Positions 54,772 through 64,000 of a DNA stretch of 64,000 nt are shown here, one piece after another (position 1 is the first letter of the stretch; each line of letters starts with the position of its first letter). The translations under genes and the position numbers were made by a program. The notes below the pieces were generated by a model, which was given only the letters and a program-made list of their open reading frames with translations, had not been told where the DNA came from and did no database searches. This DNA comes from Octopus bimaculoides (taxonomy: Eukaryota), in contig NC_068993.1 of the NCBI RefSeq assembly GCF_001194135.2, positions 21,806,484 to 21,870,483 of the forward strand, given 5' to 3'.

Positions 54772-55774
54772 TATATAAAGGGATACAAAAAATGGGACAA
54801 GAACGCAAAACATCCAGACAGTTTGATGGTACAAAAAAGGGACTAGATTCCTTGGAAAAAAGAGCACTAGATTCCTTGAAAGAAAGCAGCGAATGTATAC
54901 GAAAATAAGGTCGCAAAAAAAAACAGAGAAATTGTGCACAAATACAAAAGCAATAACAGGACATTAACAACAGGTGTCTTTCGACTAAAGACGATTTAAA
55001 GTGAGCTGGCGTGTGTCGAAGCGAAGCCTTAAGGCAGGGACGTAAGAGATGACAGGCATGGAGAGGAATATAGATGTTGCATGATGGAAGTCGAACCAAG
55101 AAAGAAAGGTCAGTCTTGGCCGAAGACCGGTTACGTGGAGAGAGAAGAGAGAGGTAGAGGCAGAGCGATAGAAGAATAGGGAGGGACTAGAAAAAAAGAA
55201 AAGGGACAGAGTGAAGTGAAAGAGGAGAGAAGGTGAGACTGAAGATAAAGGCAGGAAATATGAGAGAGGGGGAACAAAAGAAGGAAGAGTGGAAAGCACG
55301 AAGTAAGTGTGAAGGGGCTGATAGAAGGAAAGAAAGAAAGAATGAAAGAATAAGAGAGACGTACAAAATTTAGATATATATATATTTACTTACATATAAG
55401 AGATAATAGTGTACGTACGCCGCCGTATGTATATAAAAAGGAATTAAAAAAATGGGACAAGAGCGCAAAGTATCCAGACAGTTAAATGATACATAAAATG
55501 GACAACAAAACATCCAGAGAGATGATCCAATAAAAAAGGGACAAGAAAAACAATGACGGGTCATTCGGAGTTCCAGATTATCTTTGCAATTTCGGCTGGT
55601 TATACCCGAGATTGCTCCAATCTGGCCAACCCCAAAGAAAAACTAAGCTAAGAGCACTAGATTCCTTGGAAGAAAGCAGCGAATGTATACGAAAAAAAAG
55701 GACGGGAAAAAAACGGAGAAATGGTGGACAAAAGCAATAACAGAACAATAACAACAGGCGTCCTTCTACTATGG
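54772..55774. repeat. Unclassified insertion with ~200-bp internal direct repeats; no visible counterpart in copy 1 (equivalent position there is partly a gap)
   Basis: AAAAATGGGACAAGA...CATCCAGA...GAGCACTAGATTCCTTG(G)AAGAAAGCAGCGAATGTATACGAAAA...AACAACAGG(T/C)GTC occurs at ~54790-54985 and again at ~55450-55770. Confidence 0.6.
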
Positions 55775-58700
55775 NNNNNNNNNNNNNNNNNNNNNNNNNN
55801 NNNNNNNNNNNNNNNNNNNNNNNNNNNNNNNNNNNNNNNNNNNNNNNNNNNNNNNNNNNNNNNNNNNNNNNNNNNNNNNNNNNNNNNNNNNNNNNNNNNN
55901 NNNNNNNNNNNNNNNNNNNNNNNNNNNNNNNNNNNNNNNNNNNNNNNNNNNNNNNNNNNNNNNNNNNNNNNNNNNNNNNNNNNNNNNNNNNNNNNNNNNN
56001 NNNNNNNNNNNNNNNNNNNNNNNNNNNNNNNNNNNNNNNNNNNNNNNNNNNNNNNNNNNNNNNNNNNNNNNNNNNNNNNNNNNNNNNNNNNNNNNNNNNN
56101 NNNNNNNNNNNNNNNNNNNNNNNNNNNNNNNNNNNNNNNNNNNNNNNNNNNNNNNNNNNNNNNNNNNNNNNNNNNNNNNNNNNNNNNNNNNNNNNNNNNN
56201 NNNNNNNNNNNNNNNNNNNNNNNNNNNNNNNNNNNNNNNNNNNNNNNNNNNNNNNNNNNNNNNNNNNNNNNNNNNNNNNNNNNNNNNNNNNNNNNNNNNN
56301 NNNNNNNNNNNNNNNNNNNNNNNNNNNNNNNNNNNNNNNNNNNNNNNNNNNNNNNNNNNNNNNNNNNNNNNNNNNNNNNNNNNNNNNNNNNNNNNNNNNN
56401 NNNNNNNNNNNNNNNNNNNNNNNNNNNNNNNNNNNNNNNNNNNNNNNNNNNNNNNNNNNNNNNNNNNNNNNNNNNNNNNNNNNNNNNNNNNNNNNNNNNN
56501 NNNNNNNNNNNNNNNNNNNNNNNNNNNNNNNNNNNNNNNNNNNNNNNNNNNNNNNNNNNNNNACTGTGAGTTCGGTGTTTCACAAGTATTACTTCAATTA
56601 CAGAAAGTACTTCGTTTCAATTCAACTTGCGAGTAGAGTTGTTGCAAAGTAGATGTAGTGTAATAATGCGTTTTGCTTCAAAGAAAATATATCTTTGTTG
56701 ATACTTTAATTAGGATTTGTCAGTTTAGAAAACAAAAGATAAAAAAGCGAAAGCTAAGAAAAGATGGCAAAGAAAATACTGTCTACGATGCGTCATCATC
56801 TTTGTTCAATACAGGTAGGTAAGAGATGTTAGATTAGATTAATTTATGGAAAGAAGTTAGAAATTAGATTTATGTTAAATTTGATACATCTGAAGCATTT
56901 ATAAAAAGAAATTCATATATGAGAACAAGTATTATATTTTGAGGTGAAAGTTCACGTACAGGCACAAATTATCTTGAGCAAAGTGGTCCATTTAAAAGTC
57001 CTGGATTTGTGAAATAAAGTTCGATTCTAGCATGTGATTCACATACACGCACACAAGCACGCGCACATACATGTATAAACACACAAACACACACACATAT
57101 ATATAAATATACATGTATGTATGTATGTATGTATGTATGTATGTATGTATATATAAGTCTGTGTGTATCACTCCTAAAGTCTAAAATGATATATGTACGT
57201 TCATTACTAAAGTGCATATACAATTCTCGTAAGCCGTTACACATATATCTATATATATATACACGCAAACATGCATACATTGTCGCTCAAACTGTAGAAC
57301 ACTTTTTCTCATATATGCATAGAGAGGCGCATACGCTGTTATATGATTTTCTTCATAACTTCTTTTCGGCTTCTCTCCCATAGCGAAAAAGTTTTTAAGA
57401 CCTGGACAATGACCATGCCGGTTAATATCTCGCGAGTGAAATTGGTATGGTAGGCCTAAACTATATAGAACCCAGTCAGGTGAATGTGCGTGTGTGTATG
57501 AGCGTGTGCGATCGTTTGTGTATTTGTGTTCGTGGTGTGTGTGTGAGTGTGTATGTGTGTGTATGTGTGTGTCTGTGCGTCCCCGACCATTTATTTTCAT
57601 CACGGCAGATAGTGCTGTAGAATGTTGGCATCCAGGCTCTGGGACCAAAACCAAAACCAAAACTGGTTGCGATTACGAACACCGTAATTTAGCGATGGCT
57701 TCTATGGACAAACGCTTTAGACTAATATAAATTAATCATCATTTTACCCGAAGTCTTATCTAAGATGTACCGTTTGCAATATAATTTAACTACGGGGAGA
57801 TCTGCCAAGAAATCATTTTGGCTAGTGCATCTCTGATAACACTACTAAGCACAAGCGCCTTTCTCTTGGCGATCACTTTTGTTATCATCTTTAACTCAGT
57901 GAGTTAAAGATTTACAGGTTAAAAATTTTCTACCAGTTCTAGTTTTTCTTGAACAGTGCAATCATAATTTTGTTGTTATTGTTATTATAGTTAATATGAA
58001 ATATCTCGCCTTCCAAGCAGAAATCGCAGTAACATATTTATTCAATCGCGTAATGGATCCTGTTCTAATGTGCTATTTATGACTTTTATAACGATCCGGT
58101 TGTTCAGTGAGAATTCATCCGACAACACACATAGTAAATGATTGAGATTATGGATTCTTTATTTATCTATTTCAGAATAATTTATTCTAATATTTTTTTC
58201 TGTTAGAAAATAATATAATACGCTTAGTTAACGCTATTTAAATGGGCAGTCGTTTTTTTCTTGTTTGGGTGGATAACGCTTTTCGTCGTATTTCTTTTTT
58301 ACCCGGCCTCCCTCTCAATATTACTCGGTTTACGAGAATTTTTCATTCGACGAAGCTCTTAGCGTTTCCAGTTTCCATACAGAACTTTCCAATGAAGTTT
58401 GATATGAAACGGTGAAAGTAGAACCAGCAACAAAACAACGAAGCATTGGAAACTATCCCTGTTCTAGAAGTCATCGTCGAGCTTCCTGCATATTTCTAAT
58501 TCTTTTTGTTTTAATCATTTAGTCGAATGCTATCTGCATGCTTACCGCTAGTTCACACATGCTCCTGTTATATTTACCCAGTTGTTAGTTTGTATATGGA
58601 AGAAGAGCATGATCTTGATCTTGCTGAAATGAGAAATGTTTCTTAGAAGTCACAATAAGCGGTGACTGCAATTTAAGTACAAAAAACTTAGTTTGTGCTG

Positions 58701-60804
58701 TCGTTTCCTCTACTCTAACCACCGAAGATAAGGTTTGGTCATGACGTTTTGGATTTGCATTGAATGTGTTCTTCCTAGAACATCATTATTTCTGACATTG
58801 TCATTCGATTTGATTTTCCAAAAAGACTGAATTTTTTTATGCTGAAAATTTTCGTGTTGGTGGATTTGATAATTATAAACAATGCAGAGAGTACGAGCGC
58901 CTAGCATACAAAGCCTTTCCATTTCAGTTTCAGGTGAAAGACGGGATATGAGAAGTACTGAAATTCTGTGTCGTTGTTGGAAGACGTTTGTGATGTAATA
59001 TTAAAAAAATTAGAATATAGAAAAGCTGCTACAAAGATAGCAAAGGGAATATCGAATTTCCTTCGATTAGTTCATCATAGATAACAATTTACATAAAGCT
59101 TCCTTGGTCAAGTGGACTGAGTTCTGGATTTAATGTGCTGAATGAATCAAAAACCTGTACGCGCGAAATTTTTGGATCAGCGATGATTTAAAACAAAGAA
59201 GAGCATTTTTGTTATCCTTTTTTGCTGCTCAGAGACAGAAGTGTTTTGAGAACCAAAACTCCCGAATGAGAAGTTGTAAAAGGTTTATCTTTATCACAAT
59301 TACCAATGAACATGCTATTGAGGAAAATAACAGACATATGATTTGTAAATACGAAGAGAATCGCGGACACATGTTTTTGCCTAAATTGGTGTCATCAGCT
59401 CACGGAATTCCAGTAACTTGTCCCTACATGGACGTATACACAAGGTGTGGAATATATGTATGGCCTAGTTAATTTGCCCAACGATAATAGTATTCGTTTT
59501 GCAATGACGATGTACATATTTAATGGCTTCTTGGGTAAATTTCACAAAATATAGAAAGAAATTGTGAAAGCTTTCTCTGGTGGTTTATAAGTAGATTTCT
59601 GACGCTACAGCTTTGATACACATTGATTGATACACGCTGATTGTTCTTTAAAAATGTCGTTATGGGCACATATGCATTATCATAACGAATACTTATATAT
59701 GTATATAATTATATACATGTATGTGTACCTATTTATTTACATGTATGTATGTGTACGTTTACTTATATACAGCTTTGCACCTTCCGCTTTTTCTATCCAA
59801 AAAGGTTAATCAATGTTATCCTCTTATTTATAGATTTATATATGTATATGTGGTGTACTTCGTGCGAGATATTTCCCAAAGTTATATATATATATATNNN
59901 NNNNNNNNNNNNNNNNNNNNNNNNNNNNNNNNNNNNNNNNNNNNNNNNNNNNNNNNNNNNNNNNNNNNNNNNNNNNNNNNNNNNNNNNNNNNNNNNNNNN
60001 NNNNTATTATTACCAGTAGATTGATTGTATAAATCTTGTAACATACCTATCATATATATGACAAACAGAAATATCATTTTGCTATCAACACTCAACATAA
60101 GATATAGTGTGTTTCAACAATGATATGATGATTAATTAAATGTATATGTTGTGGAAATATTAAAATTGTGTCCATTGATAAATTTTGAAATTCTTTATGC
60201 AATTTAATGTATGTTTTGTATTTAAACAACTGATTACAATCTAAATTTGTGCTTTGTTTCCAATATGATTTAATACACACTTGTTTTTTATTTCCTTATT
60301 ACATCTTGAAGATTTTGGAGAATTTTGGTTCTGTATTTCAATATTTATTGTTCTTCAATTCACGTAGATCACTTTCGTGATAAATTTCAATGAAACACGA
60401 ATTTAAAATGAAACATGATTGCGGTAGCCCATGTACAAAGTATAATCTTTGGTCCGAACTTCAAAATATCAGTATTGTATTGATTACAGATAGATAATGT
60501 CTGATAATTGGAATACTAGACTTACAATTATAGCTGTTTACAATTGGGTGAAACGAAGCAAGAAGTGACAGGATACCGAAAATAGTCGAACATTCTGTCG
60601 TGGGGAAACCACTGGCTCACCTGTCGAATTTGCTTTGTGTTCAGAGTGAATAATAATAAAGTGATAAATCAAAATATTAACTAAATCGATGGATAGGGTA
60701 GTTGATAGGTACTTTGGTCCGTGAGCACTAATATTCATATATAAAATATAATGATAGATAGATAGGCAGAAAGAGAGGGGGAAAGAGAAAACTAACAGAC
60801 AGAC

Positions 60805-60853
<49 letters not shown>

Positions 60854-61606
60854 TAGATAGATAGATAGATAGATAGATGGTTGGAGAGATGATAGTATAA
60901 AAGAATTTCATTTTATCTCTAAGGTACATCTACTCAAACACAACGTTAGGGGTGATTTCCACACGAATTATTTTGAAGCTCCCTGTCAAAATATGAGAGG
61001 CAAACACACAGATACACAAACGCGCATACATATAGACACGCCGAAACACAAACACACGTGCACATTGTAATTCAGTTATATAAATAAAGTGTCATATTTA
61101 ATCACATCAAAGCCTGTAATCTGAAATAGGCTTAATTTATTAGTTAATAATGTATTATAACATTAAACTAAGCCTATCATTTCGAAAAGATGTCTATTAG
61201 ACGAAAGTGGTTTTGTAATATATATTAATACGTAATATCTCAGCGTTGCGGGGATAAAGGTCATAGTTGAACATAGAATTTTGAAATGACATTGTTAAAG
61301 TCCCATAAGTTATGATTCCATACTTCTTTAATGTTGTATGCCTGGTATTAATAACCTCGGTATATGTAAATAGACCTTATATAGTTATGAATATAGTAGT
61401 TGTAGTAGTATTCATAGAAAAAAAAATCTGTTTGAAACATTGTGAGATAGGGCAAGTCTCTGCGATAACAGTACAATAACAATCATACTAATATTGCTAG
61501 TGAGAACAATGCCAATAGTAATGTCAGTACTAATAATGATGATGTTAATTATGATACATTAAGACAAATATTTATGCCTGTTTTTTCTTTTCTTATCTCT
61601 TTGCAG

Positions 61607-62040
61607 TTTCTGAAGAAGGATTAAAGAGCAAACGCTTTCTTCTTCCAGAAAGAGCTCAAGATGACAGTTCGAAAATTACGAAGAGAAATGCTGACGCCAG
61701 TGATAACGGAATGGACAAGAGGTTTATGAAATTTGGTAAATCCGGTGATAAAAAGGTGAACAGGTTGAAAAAATCAAACGATCAGCTTCCTATGATAAGA
61801 ATGAGACGTAGCGTTGATGATAAAAAGGTGGACAGGTTGAAAACATCAAACGATCGGCTTCCTGTGATAACAATGGGACGTAGCGTTGGTGATAAAAAGG
61901 TGAACGGGTTGAAAACATCAAACGATCAGCTTCCTGTGATAACAATGGGACGTAGCGTTGGTGATAAAAAGGTGAAAAACGCTATAAGACAAGGCCCTAC
62001 TGGGTATCCGTACCTAAGAATTGGGCGAAGTGATGAATAA
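61607..62040 (+). CDS. Remodelled duplicate of the FMRFamide peptide exon (candidate alternative terminal exon, or second exon of a paralog)
   Basis: Intact TTTGCAG acceptor at 61606, same phase 1, open to TAA at 62038-62040: (I)SEEGLKSKRFLLPERAQDDSSKITKRNADASDNGMDKRFMKFGKSGDKKVNRLKKSNDQLPMIRMRRSVDDKKVDRLKTSNDRLPVITMGRSVGDKKVNGLKTSNDQLPVITMGRSVGDKKVKNAIRQGPTGYPYLRIGRSDE. Expression unproven. Confidence 0.7.
61747..61974 (+). repeat. 72-nt coding tandem repeat, 3 full units + 12 nt
   Basis: Units 61747-61818, 61819-61890 and 61891-61962 derive from the single unit at 36765-36836 in copy 1. Confidence 0.95.
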
Positions 62041-63069
62041 GATATTCCATCTTTGGAAATAAGAAAAACAACTTTTTTCACAGCAAATAAATGCAGTAAT
62101 AACAAGGAACAACATCAGCAAGAATTTGAGTAGGAACAAATAGAATATCAATACAACAACAACAATACCAATCAGATTTTGTGATCATATCTTGAACATT
62201 GTTTACATCTATCATAAAACATATGTTGGGGAGTAACGAACTGCTTGTTTAGGAGGAAACATTTTGATTTCTATATGACCAGTTCTAATTGAAAAGAAAG
62301 AAAGAAGGACATTATAAATTCATCAACAGCTCAACTCTCTTATGGTGGTAGTTGGTATATCTCTCTATATTGTACAATTTATAAAACTGGATCGATAGAT
62401 CCTCATCGTATCCAGAAATTCAGGACTTATACCAGCCTTCAATGTAAAGCTTTCTTCAGCATGCTTCATCACTATGTGTATATATGTATATGTGTATATG
62501 TGTTTATGTATACATTTGTCGAAAACCCCACTCTATATATATATACCACTGTATATTTATGTTCGTGGTTATGTATGTGCATGTATGTTATATATNNNNN
62601 NNNNNNNNNNNNNNNNNNNNNNNNNNNNNNNNNNNNNNNNNNNNNNNNNNNNNNNNNNNNNNNNNNNNNNNNNNNNNNNNNNNNNNNNNNNNNNNNNNNN
62701 NNNNNNNNNNNNNNNNNNNNNNNNNNNNNNNNNNNNNNNNNNNNNNNNNNNNNNNNNNNNNNNNNNNNNNNNNNNNNNNNNNNNNNNNNNNNNNNNNNNN
62801 NNNNATGAAATGGTTTTATGAAAATTAAATGTAAATTTTGTGGAGAATTAAAATTTTATTATATATCCTTCACGAGATTTCAGATTTACTTATCCAACTT
62901 AATGTACGTATTCTAATTAAACAATAATTATTTGCTGCCAAATGTATTTCTTACTTCAAATGTAGTTGAATGCTTTGTTGTTGTTATATACTGACAAAAT
63001 TGCTGGTGGTAAATCTGCATATTTAAACTCTTTTTGATTTTTTAATTCCTACATTTAAAATTCAAAATA

Positions 63070-63900
63070 TTAATGGCAGACCTCATCAGAGTAATGAGAA
63101 ATGTGTCCCGCATGTGCGACCCTACAGTGTTAAAGAGACACATACGACATTTCGTTCACTGCAAGCAGTTCTCAGGATTACAGCCATAAAGAAATGATCA
63201 GACTATACAAAGGAGCAATGAGGAAATTTGAAACTATCATATATATCGATAGAAATGGGATTTGCCCACTCTATAGTATCAAGTCATGGAACACAATTGA
63301 AAGTACTAAGAAGAAAATATGGAAGGCCAAATCATGGTATGATAGCCACAAATATCTGAGTGTCATGTTCGTCGACACCACCCCTAGAGGCGAACTGGCG
63401 CACCACTTTAGAAGGTCCCTAGACAAACTTAAGCTAAGAATTAAGGTTGTTGAAAGGCCAGGCAACCCTATCAAATCCCTAATCGGTAAAACCTACCCTT
63501 GTAGTAGAACTCCTGTACTGATAGGACCTGAACTGTATGTAGATTTAGCCCACAAACAAACTGTGAAGCCAGGAATGTAGTGTATAGCATAAGATGTACA
63601 GAGGGACAATGCAATAACAGGACAATGACGTATGTAGGGGAGACAGCACGGAGCATAGGAGATCGGGTAAACGGGCATTTGTTGGAACTTAAGGAAGAGG
63701 ACTCATCGGTTCTGTACCAGCACGCCGAGCAGGAACGAGGGCTCACTCAACAACATAGAAGTTAAAATCTTGTCCACACATAGAACAGACGCAACGCTTA
63801 GACAAATTAAAGAAGCTACACACATAATAGAAGATAAACCTAGCCTGAATAGGAAACTGGAAGGGAACATTTGCACACACGCCCAACACACCACAACCTA
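63070..63900 (+). mobile_element. 5'-truncated Penelope-like element (RT C-terminus + GIY-YIG endonuclease), frameshifted
   Basis: VMRNVS, CPLYSIKSW, WY, SVMFVDTTPRGEL and IKVVERPG (PLE linker), then RNVVYSIRC...YVGETARSIGDRVNGH (GIY-YIG) and LRQIKEATHI...PSLNRK. Confidence 0.85.
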
Positions 63901-64000
63901 TGACAGATCAAAATCCTCATAAACTGATAACAATATGAATATAATATAATACAATACAAAGATAGATAAATGAAATTAAATATCTATATACATTAACAAA

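Larger units (their letters stand above)
54154..63062 (+). repeat. Segmental duplication, copy 2
   Basis: Collinear with 29986-37893, including the SINE-in-mariner junction. The left end is hidden in gap 53262-54153; visible homology stops at ~63062. Confidence 0.95.

Noticed and set aside
61747-61974. Regularly spaced 72-nt repeats as a CRISPR-like array
   Set aside because: Units are contiguous with no unique spacers, lie in frame within a neuropeptide exon, and the context is eukaryotic.
54154-63062. Copy 2 as a mis-scaffolded allelic haplotype of copy 1
   Set aside because: Disfavoured but not excluded: ~10-15% intronic divergence, insertion differences and a rebuilt exon exceed what is expected between alleles. 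Long reads are needed to settle it.

Overview
AT-rich, microsatellite- and transposon-laden eukaryotic DNA with many N gaps, most likely an Octopus genome (inferred from the cephalopod-type FMRFamide precursor and the SINE families). The only clearly supported host gene is the FMRFamide neuropeptide precursor on the + strand. A signal-peptide exon (28699-28840, phase-1 donor) splices in frame to a peptide exon (36088-36899). The predicted 317-aa precursor carries 7x FMRFamide, FLRFamide, ALSGDAFLRFamide and the unusual FLRPamide, FMKFamide and SNDQLRTIRMamide. About 8 kb of the intron, peptide exon and 3' flank (~29986-37893) is duplicated ~25 kb downstream (54154-63062). No signal exon is visible in the copy, although a gap (53262-54153) hides its left end. 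The copied exon (61607-62040) keeps its acceptor, phase and open frame through four in-frame length changes. It has lost all FMRFamide copies and gained a 72-nt triplicated unit predicting new ...PVITMamide peptides plus an amidatable ...GYPYLRIamide. It is a candidate alternative terminal exon, or a second gene, with a novel neuropeptide set. A near-canonical minimal hammerhead ribozyme lies on the sense strand of the copy-1 intron only. The rest is decayed mariner, R4/Dong-like, RTE and Penelope-like elements, tRNA-derived SINEs and simple repeats. All alignments and identities were judged by eye.
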